In this document: positions 13,701 through 37,200 of the stretch, in pieces
Numbering within the stretch: the stretch's first letter is position 1
Layout: every line of letters begins with the position of its first letter
DNA from: Bugula neritina
Lineage: Eukaryota; Animalia; Bryozoa
Direction: 5' to 3'
NCBI GenBank assembly: GCA_964035545.1
Contig: OZ037768.1
Span: forward strand, 22,229,319-22,293,318
Length of the DNA stretch: 64,000 bases
Notes under the pieces: model-generated
Seen by the model: only the letters and a program-made list of their open reading frames with translations
What the model was told of the DNA's origin: nothing
The model's database searches: none
Position numbers and translations under genes: made by a program

Positions 13701-16700
13701 AACGCAACTTAACACTGTGTCTATTCAACTCATGTCTATATTTGCTGTTATATGCTGATAATTAAGTTGAACTTTCTTACATCCAGGTGTTTCAGTCTGA
13801 AGACGACGAGTTTGACCCGGACGGAGAGGAAGTGGATATGGTGGAAGACGTAACGTCGCCTGATGAAGCAGACGTCAGTGAGGTACTGATATCCTGATAC
13901 TTACCACATGTGCGTATCTCACAGATAGGAAATAGTGCTGTGTTGTGCTTTGTTGCCATGACTACTGAGAGCTCTCCCTTTTCATATGTGTATGACGTGA
14001 TGCTATTCGATAAAACCCGTGCGTGTTTATAGACCCTATCCCCGGGGAAACCCCTGATGGAAAGGGTTTTTTCAAGTTAGTCTAAGGATGTAACAAAGGA
14101 GAAATTATGACTGAAGGCTCTTCCTAACATCACCAGTGGCCTTTTCTGGGGGTCAAACCTCTGACCCCGTGTTAACTAAACTAACTCTCTAACCCCTAGG
14201 CTACAGCTAGTTTATATTCAATAGTGTATGTTTATTCCATATATGACTGTGAGTAGAACATATGCCCGAAGTATATTTATTTTACTACCTTGTAGCTATG
14301 TTATATATATATATATGTATACCCTGTATATACTCTGTGTATACTCTGTGTATACTCTGTGTGTACTCTGTGTGTACTCTGTATGTACTCTGTGTATATG
14401 CTGTGTGTGCTGTTTTGTGCTGCGTATAGCCGTATACGCCGTGTTTACAGACTGCTGGGGATGAAGGTGAAGACTCCTCAACCTCTTCAGATGAATCTGA
14501 TGATGACTATGAAGAAGAGGCTGGTGAAGAGGTTGATGAGAATATGAGAGCCACTCTACAGGCAGCGCTAGGGCCGGCTGCCATCACTGACGCTGACCAG
14601 GTTAGTTGACGCGTCTAAGTGACACGCTGCCGAGGTATGTTGTGAGAGCATGCGTACTAGGGGTTCATTATTATGTCATGCTGTCGCCTGTACACTGTTT
14701 CATATCTCAGGAAGATGACGATCTCTCAGATAGCGAGATGTTCAAGTTGGATGATGCTTTGTGCGCTGCTTTCCGGGGAATGATGAGTAAGAATAAGAAC
14801 TCGCCGGCGGAACTTGAGAAGAGACGGCAGATAATTTACTTCAAACTCAGGTGAGTTCAGATCCCCACCCCCGCTTTGCTTAGTAGTTGGAGATGAAGTT
14901 GTGATATGATTAGCCATGTGTGGCTTGTGTGTTGCTGACTTGATTGTGTGACTCGGATCAGTATTTAATAGTATTTTACAACTAGGCGCTTCCCTCAAAT
15001 TTAGAATGAAGAGTCTTTTTTTAAAGGAAATAGTACATAGAACTTCAACTAAATGATTTCATGCAAATAAAACACGAAGTCAATAAAATGTTTTTTTCAC
15101 AGTATTCATTATTTGTTTTAAACAGTATTTTTTATGTTGTTTTATTCCTGAAAAAGAAAGCAACTCCTAACAAATGAAATCATGACAGTTTTTTTTATTA
15201 TATGCAAAATGACATACATTGTTTGTCATGTTCCTACATATTTACCTAACGGGGTAACTTCTGGAGATGTTTGTGTAGCTGACTGTGTTTTCATTGCAGG
15301 TGTCTGGATTTGGTGGAGGTCATAGTAAAGCATTCAACTGACGGGGAACATTTGATGGTATGTAGTTGTGTAGTACTGTCATATAATAACTAGGAGGGTT
15401 TCTGCCCTAGCCCTGAGTATTACAGCAATAACTAGGAGGGTTTCTGCCCTAGCCCTGAGTATTACAGCAATAACTAGGAGGGTTTCTACCCTAGACCTGA
15501 GTGTTAGAGTAATGGCTAGGAGGGTTTCTGCCCTAGCCCTGAGTGTTAGAGTAATGGCTAGGAGGGTTTCTGCCCTAGACCTGTGTGTTAGAGTAAAGGC
15601 TAGGAGGGTTTCTACCCTAGACCTGTGTGTTAGAGTGATAGTTATTCTCACAACTGTGTGTGTATCATGGAGGTTTATGTTGGTTGCAGGAGTTGGTGGT
15701 TCCCCTGCTCACTATGACGGAAGCTAGTTACAAGGAGAAGGAGATGAAGGAGATCGGAAAGAAAGCTCAAACTCTGTATAACCATCTCACTTCTCTGAAG
15801 AAGGTGTGTCTTTGGGATATTACTTGGCTAACTCCGCCTACTTCTCATTTAGTCGTATCACCTGCTAGGAATGGATATTTTGTACTGAATATAATTTAGC
15901 ATGAGATCCAATTGTTGAGTCTAAGATCAATGTAGGGTGGGTTGGCATGGCAGCTTCCATTGTGGTTTGTGATTGAATAGGACAATACTGTTTATTCTGC
16001 TGTTCAACTCATGTTCGTTAATACTACATCTGTGGTTATGTTCTCCATTATTTTTAGATACCAACTGCCACCGTTACGGATTTAGATCGTGCCACTGATA
16101 GAGTCAAGGACATACTTACCCTCTCAACCAACGGTACGTACAGACATCTTTGAACATTGCATTATTTGTAACGTATGATTCTTAGTTGTGTTTTATCTAA
16201 TTTTAGTCTTTTTGTGTATTTCTTTATTAGCACAAACATTTATAAGGGCTTTTTTTATTGGCTAGTATGCCAAGCTACTAACCATTCAGCTAATGTGTTT
16301 CAATCTGCTAACCAAGTAATCTGATGCGTTGACCAATCAACTTCCACTAAACATTTTAGCATACGTCTGGCCAATCATGAAGGATTTAGCTAATGGGTTG
16401 AACTTGATGGTATGTTATATATTTAAAGTGATTAGCTCTACTCTCTTTCTATATAAGCAATATGTGTCTGTTTAATATATATATGACACTATGTTCATGT
16501 TAGCATACATTAAGACATAATATATACCATGATGTCTAGCATGTATACTCACTACCATATATAATATACACCATGATGTCTAGCATGTATACTCACTACC
16601 ATATATAATATACACCATGATGTCTAACATGTATACTCATTGCCATATAATATAATATAATATACACCATGATGTCTAGCAAATATACCTACTACTATAT

Positions 16701-19700
16701 GTTTGTTAGATAAAGCTTCTATCTCATGCTGAGTATAAACCAAGTCAGAAGTCAGCCAAAAGCAAAACTGTATGTATGATATATATTACATATATATTAC
16801 ATATTTATTACATATATATTACATATATATATATATATATTACATATTTATTACATAGATATTACATATATATAGATATAAATATACATTGCATATACTA
16901 CGTATACTAGATATACAGGCAGCTGTATGTTGCACTATTTAATACCCAGCTGAGTAGCTGCATTATGTCAGGAGTTATCCTCTCTAACTATGAATAGTTT
17001 TTGGATCATGCAGAGCTGCTGCGAGGTCACAGGTCACCAGAAAAAGAAGAAAACTTCTTCTAATCTTTGTGTTATAACTTAGATACTGTAGTCTAAATAT
17101 GTAATCAAATGTGTAACCAGCAATAATGAGTGTTTGGTTTAGATTTTTCTGTAGTTGGCGCAGAGACGCTCTCAATATTACAGTCTATCACTGTACAACT
17201 TTTTTAATATCTCCGTAGTGGTGTTTATATTCTATTAGCTGCAACCTCTCTGCTCAGCAGACCCTGTCAACGTGCATTATACTTGTAAGTTACCTTCCCT
17301 ATGCTGTGTGTTACTTCAATTCTTGTGCTTTATTAGAAAGGTGAAGATGTTCTGGTTGATGCTGTCGTATCGGAGGTCCAGGCAGCTCTCAAGGAGTTCC
17401 TCAACAAAAGGTTTGTCTCACTTTTCATCTCGACTTTTTTATTTTCTCAAGGTTTCTGGTCACATGATACTATTTTATTCGTTAGAGAGTTTAAGGTTTG
17501 CTGAATTCACTTGGCATAGAAATATTTACACCGGAAAAATAACTTGTGTATTGTAAATATATATGTGATATGAATGTATTATTTAATGTTAGGTGATCTA
17601 CTTGTTTGAGTATCCTTGTCTTCATATGCAATACAATCCCTTTGTGCTAAACATTATATTGGTTGAAGTATATGGTTCTATTTATTGTTATTCTATACGT
17701 TGTGTGTATATTGCGTCTATGTTGTAAATAATGTATAATGTTGTTTTATATTATGATTGTGTGTAATCTACTGTTATATTGTGTGTATAATTATGTTGTG
17801 TATATGCTGTTATACATGTTATATACATGTGGGATTTATGTAATATTGTGTATATAGATTGTGTGTATTATGTTATATAGTAATATATGTAATATTGTGT
17901 ATATAGATTGTATATATTATGTTATATGGTATGATATGTTATATTGCAGGGAGAGCAAATACAGTCATACTCTGTTCCAGTCCCTGTTTGACAGACAAGC
18001 TGTAAGTTGCTCTGTTATACCATATTCTGTAATATACTGGTTGTTATATTTATGCATTATATAGTGTTTTTGTGTATTTTATAGTATAATTATTTTATAT
18101 TTTTAATATCATTTTTATATATTCTTATACATTCACTCACTCACTAACTTCAAACTGAATATACGACACAATCTAATATAACAAGCTATACTTCATCATT
18201 ACAACTTATATTGAATCTGATGTATTTTACATCCATCAGTTGCCACTGAAGAACTGAACATGCCCCATATACAAATTTATAAAAACAAAATAGATGCTAT
18301 TTGTCCAGGTTTTCGGGTATCGTGTTAGTAAATAAAAAACTGGAGTGTTTGTAAATGTCTGCGTGCTTAGTCTATTTGTAGCATAACGTAGTTGTATGCC
18401 TTTCAGCTGGTAAAGTTCTAATATTGTATTACCAATGAAAAGCACGAGGTACTCACGCCCCACCCAACATACGCTTGAAAGAAGTAGATCTCTGGCACCT
18501 ACGTATAGCATACTTTATTATAATATGTTAATTAGTAGATATGTTGTACACGAATCTCCAACGACTACTGTAGCGATATAGTTGTATTCTGATTACAGCC
18601 ATTGTTCTGGGGAAGTAACTCCGATCTGCTAGAGGCCATATCTAACGAAGGAGTGAGAGTGTTTTGTCGGGTGAGTTCATTGTGGTCTGCTTTGTAAATG
18701 TATTTTATTATATATATTATATTTTATATATTCTATTACATATATTCTGTTACATATATTCTATACAGCAATATATCATAGATTCTTTTATACCTTATGG
18801 AGTGTAGACTTGGTGGTGATTTTAATTTAATTTTTAGAAATCGCAATATCTATTTAAACTGTTTGAGAACTGGAAACAAGAGATTTACTGATTGGTTTAC
18901 AATGGTCAATCAATCCCTCCTCCTAGAGTTATGTTTATATAATTCTCTCCGCTATGCTCTATAGTTACTGTCTGTTGTGTTGTAGACGCAAGCTTGCTCT
19001 TTGCTGTCACAGCTAATAAACAGAACTGTGGTGAGTCATCTTAGACTATCTCTCCCTCTACAACAGGGCCAACTCTATACATTGCTGCATACTTTTCGGA
19101 TGTTCCCTAATGAGGATTTTCGTGTTTTAGGCTGGTGAAAAATAGAATAAAGTTGTGAAATAGAAATCGCCATAGCAACTGTAGTTTGTATTAGTATATC
19201 TTTTTCTTTTTTCTTTTAGACTTCCCAAGATAACGGCGCAACTTGGCTCGAGTTCACCAAATCACTACAGATTGTAATAGAGAAGGTATGAGACATGTCA
19301 TACTGTTTCCACTTACATTTAGTCATGCAGTGTGTTAGTATCATACAGTATATACAGTATGTTACAGTATATACGGTATATAGTAACATACTGTATATAC
19401 TGTAACAAACTGTATATACTGTAACGTACCGTATATACTGTAAGGTACTCTACATGCTGTAACATACTGTATATACTGTAACAAACTGTATATACTGTAA
19501 CAAACTGTATATACTGTAACGTACCGTATTGCTTGTAGGTGTCTAAATATTCTGCTGTGAACTACAAGGCAGGATTTCTACCAGAGTTCTTCGGTATTCT
19601 GAGTAAAGTCAAGGCTGTTGACAAGACAGTAGTAAGTTTAAGTGATGTTAGTAGTTCGTAGAGTAGTTAGTAGAGTAGTTAGTAGAGTAGTGAGTAGAGT

Positions 19701-19958
19701 AGTTAGTAGAGTAGTTAGTAGAGTGAATAGTTGCTACTATTGTGAGGTGTGTATTATTCCCACCAGGTGCTGGATCTCGGATCATTTGAAGGAATCAGTG
19801 AGAAGTTCAACAAAGATCTCCAGAAACTGTACAGGAAGTTGGTCAGCGCCAACTCACAGCCCGCTGTCGGCGTCAGTCCGGGTCGTAAACGGAAGGTCTC
19901 TGCAACCTTCCCTTCTAGTGATTCTGATAAACCCACTAAGGCTATGAAAACGCCCTAA
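1775..19958 (+). CDS. MYBBP1A: Myb-binding protein 1A / POL5 (DNA polymerase phi family) nucleolar protein, ~30 exons
   Basis: GT-AG exons join in frame: [24 protein letters not shown]; [31 protein letters not shown]; [12 protein letters not shown]; FLFLHSCF; [26 protein letters not shown]; acidic tract; [16 protein letters not shown]; [13 protein letters not shown]; C-terminal GRKRK. These match recalled MYBBP1A blocks. Stop TAA at 19958. Confidence 0.9.
3146..3243. repeat. 22-bp tandem repeat, ~4.5 copies
   Basis: Unit ttcacctgagtacataacacag. Confidence 0.9.
4610..5352. repeat. ~29-bp intronic minisatellite, >20 copies
   Basis: Unit gttactgtgtagtatatactaatagtata; ends ~20 nt before the acceptor at ~5374. 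Confidence 0.95.
7618..7785. repeat. Donor-containing repeat with embedded (TA)n
   Basis: acagGT(g/a)a.tgtgtgt.tatctgtat repeated 3-4 times; (TA)n at ~7654-7717. Confidence 0.85.
9568..10076. repeat. 50-bp tandem repeat, 10 copies, spanning a MYBBP1A exon end and 5' splice site
   Basis: Unit catgtgtaacactgcgtctattcagcttatcctagat|GTGAGTattataa; GT at 9605, 9655 ... 10055. Confidence 0.97.
10422..13608. mobile_element. ~3.2 kb non-autonomous or decayed DNA transposon with long imperfect TIRs and ATAT flanks
   Basis: Left end GTGACCTGGCACCACAAAACAAGGGATGT versus right end reverse complement GTGACCAGTCGCGACAAAACCGGGGATGT. ATAT at 10418-10421 and 13609-13612. A second inverted match (aaaatcgcgtttaaagttggcaact / aaaattgcatttaaagttggtaact) lies ~185 bp inside both ends. 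Confidence 0.85.
14035..14208 (-). mobile_element. tRNA-derived SINE copy
   Basis: Aligns by eye with 54633-54848 (ctgatggaaagg...aattatgactg...cttcctaacatcacca.tggcc); degenerate A/B boxes on the minus strand. Confidence 0.8.
15388..15640. repeat. 42-bp intronic tandem repeat, ~6 copies
   Basis: Unit ctaggagggtttctgccctagccctgagt...; fills most of a short intron. Confidence 0.9.
19335..19530. repeat. ~20-bp tandem repeat with inverted leading copies
   Basis: tacagtatatacagtatgt followed by (ctgtatatactgtaacaaa)n, next to the acceptor at ~19538. Confidence 0.8.
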
Positions 19959-20202
19959 GGCTATGCTGTATATCATGTATACTAGTGTGCATTACTGTAT
20001 ATACTGTATACTAGTACGTATTACTATGAACTGTATACTAGTATGTATGACTCCATATACTGTATACTAGTGAGTCTGTGGAGTTTGTGCAAAGAAATGT
20101 ACGAAAGATAAGAAAATGTATTTCTAAATGACATCAGCTTCTCTTCCTCTCAAATACATGGTAGTGATTCATTCTCTCTGTAAAACTGACTGCATACTAT
20201 AT

Positions 20203-20217
20203 TTTTATTGAATAAAA
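20203..20217. terminator. Back-to-back poly(A) signals for convergent genes
   Basis: TTTTATTGAATAAAA: AATAAA on + (20211-20216) and on - (20209-20204). Confidence 0.55.
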
Positions 20218-20333
20218 ATATGTGAATGATTTCAAGTGAAAATAACTTCTATTATTACTAAAATATTATATAATAAATAGTAATATTGATATGTCACTAG
20301 TGTTACTTTATCAGCACTTATGTCAGGTGAGAC

Positions 20334-21931
20334 TCATTGCTTTGAATAACATGGAATGACTAATATTGGAAAGTTACTCAAAATCAGTGTTCGTTCAAAC
20401 TGCCAGCAAGAGTTGTCTTCTTCTGAACTGGAAAAACTGTGGCAACTGCTATTTTTAGCACACATCATAGCGCATGCTTCCAGCAAGTGACGAACTTTTA
20501 ATGTTAGTGGATACCCATTGGCCATGTCACAGTCTTTAACATTTTCTGACAGCTTAAATTGTGTATGCATCAGATTTGTGTTGGCTGTGGTGGTTTTTGT
20601 TGTTTCTGTAGTGGTTGATGCTGTTTTTGTGGTGGTTTTTGTTGTCTCTTCAGGAGTTGTTTTTGCAGACGTTGGTGTTGTTTCTGTAGTAGTTGAAAGT
20701 AGTCCTGCATCAACTATTGCTGCAATCAAGCATTTTTATAAGTCGAGCTTCATGTCTAGCTACGGTAATAACAAAATTTGATACGCAAATCTTCGATTGG
20801 GATGCAACATTCTGTACTATAAGTTTTCCATCTAACAAATAATCTTAACACAAATTATTTCACAGTCATTTTATATCTCATCTCATGGGTTGGAGAAAGC
20901 ACTGCTCATTCTGAAGTGTTCTATTGCAATGCTAACTGTATATTATTGTTACTGGCAATAATTATGCGGCTATGGCCAGGCATATACCACTGTTTTAGCA
21001 GATTTTGGCCCAGGAAAAGCTGGGGCATCTTAACGTAAAATATTTTGATTATCAATAGTCGCACAGTTAGCTCAACAACTCCAATACAAATGTTAGCTAA
21101 TAACAGTATTGATAGACTAAAATGTGCGAGTATAATTACTATACCTGATGGACAGTTTTTCTGGCAGATATGGGCCAGTGGATCATTCTTGAGAAATCGA
21201 ACTTTTCTGGAACTTTTGAGTCGCCAGACATACTCGGCCTTCGCTGCAATACTTCCTTCAACAGGAGGAAAATAATCGGCATTTGTGACTTGTGTGCCAT
21301 CAACCAGCCAATAGGATGATCCGTCTCTTTGCTCGATGCCAACATACGCTGTTGGAAGAAATTATGATGTATGTTACCAGCTATCATATAGGTGAAGATC
21401 ATAAGGAGTTATGCTTCCTTTTCAAAATATGTAGTATAGTTGAATTATATTATACAACAACCATGTTGAGTAAACTTAGATGACTTCTTGTAGTACTAGT
21501 CTGATGACTGCACATTTTTTACTTGCAAAATAAACATATTAAACTTAAAGAATTTTTTTTCTGTTCCATCAGACTTTACGTTAGCCTAAGCTCAATGAGT
21601 TATGTGCAATACAATATGAATAACTATCAATAATCTCATACTTGAGGCTCTTAGACTATAATAGTCATGAAATATAGTTTTGTTATAACAAACCACTGTC
21701 CACGCTCTGATTCTTGAGTAGTTTGGTTAAATGGTCCAACACATCTTCCGTTTTAATAGCAGCTAAATGTCCTCCATTAAGTTGACAATCTTTTGCAGCA
21801 CTTTCAAACGTTAGTGTCTCATTCCTTAGTGTGTAGCACACGTTTTCCCAGCTCACGGAGCAGTTACATAACTCAGCAACAGCAGACGTCTGTGACACAC
21901 AAATCAGAAGGAAAAGGCAAGAAAAAAACAT
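20334..21931 (-). CDS. Secreted C-type lectin domain + Thr-rich stalk + PAN/apple-like domain protein, 3 exons
   Basis: Signal peptide MFFSCLFLLICVSQTSA; CTLD motifs WENVCY, TFESAAKDCQLNGGHLAAIKT, YVGI, WLVDGT, ICQK; TTTETTPTS stalk; CAMMCAKNSSCHSFS...CW. Confidence 0.85.
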
Positions 21932-22623
21932 AGCGCACAGAAAGGTGTTGTCATGAATAAGTGATACTTAAGTATTAATTAGAAATGTGCAAGTTTTGTA
22001 TTTAACACATAATAATATACTTATAACACTACTCTGAGATTGATTTATCGAGTAGCAACATTAAATGATGAATAATTGCCGTCTTAATAACAACTTTTAT
22101 TCAGAAGGTAAACGCATTTCAACATGTTTAAAATTGTCACTCATAGTGCAGTAAGGTGCAGTCAATGAAGCATATCAATGAGAGGTTTCCTTTTTCAATG
22201 TGACAGATTATTGATGTGGATAAATTATGCATCATGTAACAGGATCCTGAGAGTTTAACTTCTGACATCTATACAAAATAACACGTCTGCATTGATATAC
22301 ATGCTAAATTTGTTTGATGTCCTTCACCTGAAAAGAAATTAAAGTCTTATAAAATTTTTAGCTCTCCAAACCGATTGTATAAAATTAAACAACCTAAACA
22401 GTTGCAACTTCTCATTGCTACATTAAACAATTTTAGACTGCCTCATTGCACTACCAGGATTATATCATTACTGTTTATTGCAAAATGTAAAAAAGTATAT
22501 AATCATAATATAAAAGATATTAAACAAAGGAACATTGGTCATTTCCACAAAGTATATACAAAGCATACCAGTTAGGCAACTTGAAGCAAGACTACCAACA
22601 TAAAAATGATTAAGAAAAAAAAA

Positions 22624-32776
<10,153 letters not shown>

Positions 32777-33096
32777 TTTGATTTTTCAGTCTCAGTCTGA
32801 CTCTGAGTATTCTAACTTGAAGTTGGACTTCTAGTTCTAGTAGTAGTAGTGCACACTACCAGTACCTGTACTCAAGTAAGTAGTACTAGTAGTTTTAACT
32901 CCAAGAAAATCGCTGATAGATGACTTAGAATTATTTAACTTTTTAGATAAAAAAACTTTGGGTTCGTCAGAATTGGACACTTTATAGTAATATAAATGTT
33001 TATATTGTATCAAATATCAGTATCACTATCAGCATGAGTATCAGTACTCAGTATGAGTATGAGTGTGAGAAAATCGCACTTGACACAAGACTAATT

Positions 33097-33119
33097 TTTC
33101 GCGCTGAAACAGTCACGTG
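33097..33119. promoter_or_regulatory. E2F site TTTCGCGC and E-box CACGTG upstream of MCM3
   Basis: Consensus TTTSSCGC at 33097-33104 and CACGTG at 33114-33119, ~320 bp upstream of the ATG; MCM genes are established E2F targets. Confidence 0.65.
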
Positions 33120-34289
33120 TGCTTTATACTTCAATCCACAAAGAATAGATGGGCTTTTAAATATCCCCCACAAGTCAGCCGATCTTATTGTTTGGTTCCA
33201 CGGCACTAAGACTACGAGCTACTTATATGGAGTTTTCTTCTCATTATAAGAATTCGCCTAACCAAATTTGTTGAGGATAAATTGTAAATCATTATTATAT
33301 TATGCACCAGATTCAGAAAATTGAGCTAATATGTGATGTATAGCAATTATTATTATAAATGTTAAGCAGTTAAATGAGGAAAAAACATTTGTGGTTAACA
33401 AAACTTGGCACATTCATAGGTAAAATCTTATATACACTGCTCAGAATTTATTAAGTCTGGACACTAAATGCCAATTTCTCCATCTTTTTACAAGTGCAAC
33501 TGATCAAATTAACTGCATCTCATAGACAAAAACTATTAGCTGGTATATTCACCATTGATTATAACTTTAACAAAGTTGCATTAGCAAAGTACCTTTTGGA
33601 ATTTGCTGAAGCACCCCTGGGTTTTACTAGTGCTCTTAGCCGAAAACTCCTAGTCAGTAGTTTAAACAGCACATATAACAACATATTTTCAAGTGACAAG
33701 TGATAATGACACCTGCCAACTTACAGCAGGTGTCTGCTGCAGTATTATCTTGTAAAACAAAAGGTCAAAGTTGGATAATATAATTTTTTATCTCCCTGTA
33801 CACAATATCATATATCACAATAGTATTCATATATTAATAAAGGCATATAAAAAGTTAAAAAGTACATCATTGAGCATTTTATAAGAATATATAAAAGTAA
33901 AATATAGAAATATGTGATAATTTTATCATAATTTTTATGATATATAATTAGATTCAATTACATTATAGCTTACTTTTCTCATCTCAAAACTGATTATACA
34001 AATTAAGTCATTTTCTACTTGGAAATAAATAAATGATGCATTCCCTCGTGCAATCCAGTTCTTACCCAACAGCCTGGAAATATAATCTCAAATCCTGAAA
34101 CAAAATGTAATTTAAATAGTCTCAAACGACCATATCACAAAGACTAGCTTGTTCTTGATCATTCTTGCCATGCAGAAGATTGATGTTCAGTTTATTCTCA
34201 TTTAACACTGAATATTCCTTTCTAGTTATAGACGGTAGCCATGTTGAACATACGAGATGATTTCGCTGCTGGTTGGTAATGAGAACGTT

Positions 34290-37200
34290 CTAGAAGCGTT
34301 GTGAGGATGAGATGAGCTCATCACAGCTGTCTACGCCGTCACTGAACATCAGGTTGTGCATGTCAAATGAGCTCTCCGTGTCTAAACTTGATGTAACGCT
34401 CTGTGTGTCGTGGAATGGTTTATATCTACCTACACTGTACACTTTCAGGTCTATGCCACTTTCACCTGCAAAAAGTTTTGTTATATAATTATTATATTAT
34501 TTCTTACATGATGTTTGCAACTCTACATTGCAAAGCTAATTTTTTATCGCAAATTTTTGGTATATGGTTATTATAGCTAAAAAAATTCATAACATTTTGA
34601 TACCAGCTGTATATAAACAATGGCTATTGTTTCAGAAAAATTAAAGTTAGGTGATGAGAAATTGGAAAAAAGGATGTGTTATAGATGAAATATATATATA
34701 GCTAAAAGAGCTATGCCCTGGCAAAATGTTAACCCACACCCCAAACCAAATTTTGGGTGTTTAAATTGCCTCCCTTGCTACAAAATAGCATACGGTGTGT
34801 ACTTGATGACATTTTTAATTTTGCTGTATTATTTATTAATTGGATAACTCAATATGTATGAATTGCAGATCAATAGTAATTTTAAAATAGCTAAAGCTAG
34901 CTCTCCATTCTTTTTATTTGTACTGTGAGTTTAAGTGAATGTGCACCAGATATAAATATGTAAATACAATTGAAATGAGCATCACGTACTTCATATTTAT
35001 TTAATTGAGGCTCAATTCAAATTGATCAAAGTGAACTCAATTTATTGCCCGAATAGACTTGGTTCTAGCTTATGACTTAATTTTCTGGCTTGATTTTTTA
35101 AAATTTTGCTAACTAAAGGTGTGAAATTGAAGAACTAAGATGTGAACTAAAGCCATCAAGTAGCTTATGTTTAGACCAATGGTGCAGCGAATAAAATTTT
35201 ACTCCACTGAATTATTCTAGAAATAGCTAAGAAGTCTTTTAACCTTTTTATTTTATGCAAAGTTGAACAGCTACAAGCTAAAATGTAAAATAATGGCTTC
35301 CACCAGGATTCGAACCTTAAACCTCTAGCTTGTAAACAAGCTAGTTAACCATTACCCTATACTAGGGCTACAAGATGCTTAAAATAACCAAAGTATCTTT
35401 ACTATGTTTGTATACATATAGAGCAAATCAATAGCAATTAACATGATTGTCGTCAGATATACAGTGTTGAGTTACAGTCTATTTTTAAGTCAGAAGTACT
35501 TGAAAATAAAATTATTTTTAAAAGAAATATCATAATAATATGTTTCTTAGCAATTATTGGAAGACGATTATACAGCTTAACTTTGTAGTCTGTAACTCTT
35601 TCTAATAATAAACCTAAAGATGTGCTTAGTAGAAGTCAAGTGTCTAATTGAACTTTTTACGCTCTGCTGCTATTCAATAACAGACTTATGAGCTGGGCTC
35701 ATAAAGCCAGGCATATATTGACACTTTAAGTAATTAAGTGAGCTAACTGAAGTGGTGGAGTTTTTAGTCCATTTGTCAGCTGGAAATTGATCCAATGCTA
35801 ATCAGCAACTTTTTGCATTTCAATGGCTAGACTCAACTCAATTTCCCCCTCTTTTGTCAATCAGTTAATTGGCGTGTAAATTACATTAGCTCATCAATAA
35901 CACCTAGCTGTTCGAACACGAAGCAAGACCACCTCAATCCAACATACATATTATTTGAGAACTTGGGTTATATTGCTTATAAAATTTGTAAAATTGATTT
36001 GAGTAAATAATTGACTGAGTGTGCAAGTGTTTGAAGCTCATCAATCTGTTTGCCAGTTTCATATTGAGTAGCAGCAATATTAGCTGTTATAGCATTGAAC
36101 GTCTGCACTAAAGTCTGCACCCCTGAGAATTCACAGCTTTTGTATTTGCTTAAAGTTTTTCATTAAAGAATATTCAGTTGTATATTTGCTATGAAATTAG
36201 GTGCATATAGTTGACAATGATTCTACAAAATATCTAACTGTATTCGTCAACTAAGGCTTGTAAATTTTCTGCTTATTCCACAGGTTAAAAAATATTCCCA
36301 GTTAGAGGTAAATAAGGTGCTCGTATCAAAGATGTTTCTGGATTAAAATAAAGCAGCATTTGGAGTTGAGAGAAACCAAAACTATTGCTTTAGGGGCATG
36401 AAAGGCCAAAAACCTACAAAATATCAGCTAAATTTTGACATCACATCTAGCCTGTGATTATTTTCTTTATTGCCAAAAAATGGTGGGAGGGAGGTTCAAC
36501 TAATTTGCAATGGTACTTCAAGCCTTACTATACAGTCTTTATAAAAGTCAATTAAATAGACGAATAGTTTGCATCATCATATAATATTATTATAGATGCA
36601 GAGTTAAAGATCTTTGCTTTGCTTGAACTTCTAACTTTTCATTTATTGGTTAAATTTGGGGCGTTATTGGTTTATTTCACGGACAGACTGTAACTCTAAG
36701 TCTACATGGTAATGGAACAGGCACTGCAACTGGCTGACGGTTTAATCTCACCTGAATTTGTGGAGTTCTTTGGAAGTACGTGAGTGTTTATCATCTTCTT
36801 AATCTTATCCATGGCCGGGTAGCAGAACTTCAAACTTCCAGCTGAACTTGGAGGAACTGTAAGAGCAGAATAACACAACTCCTGTACATATTTCAACTAG
36901 TCTATTGCTGCATCTCATTCTATCGCAGCTCATAGTGCATATTACTCGAAGGATGTGATTTAACATGCTTCGAAAGATGTAAATTTTTATAGCTTAGCAT
37001 TTGTTACAATATTTCTACTCAACATTTTGGTTTTAGGTTTACTAATGTATGACTTAACACTGCAAAGTTAGAATGTTATGTTCGCTATAATATTTGCTAC
37101 AGATTGCTTATTTTCATTTTTATAATAAATGCCAAGTGAATGCCACAAATATTTTTGTTTAATTATATATATCGCTCTTCCCATACATGCGTGTGAGTTT

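Noticed and set aside
15379-15727. Repetitive ORFs on both strands
   Set aside because: Translations of the 42-bp intronic repeat.
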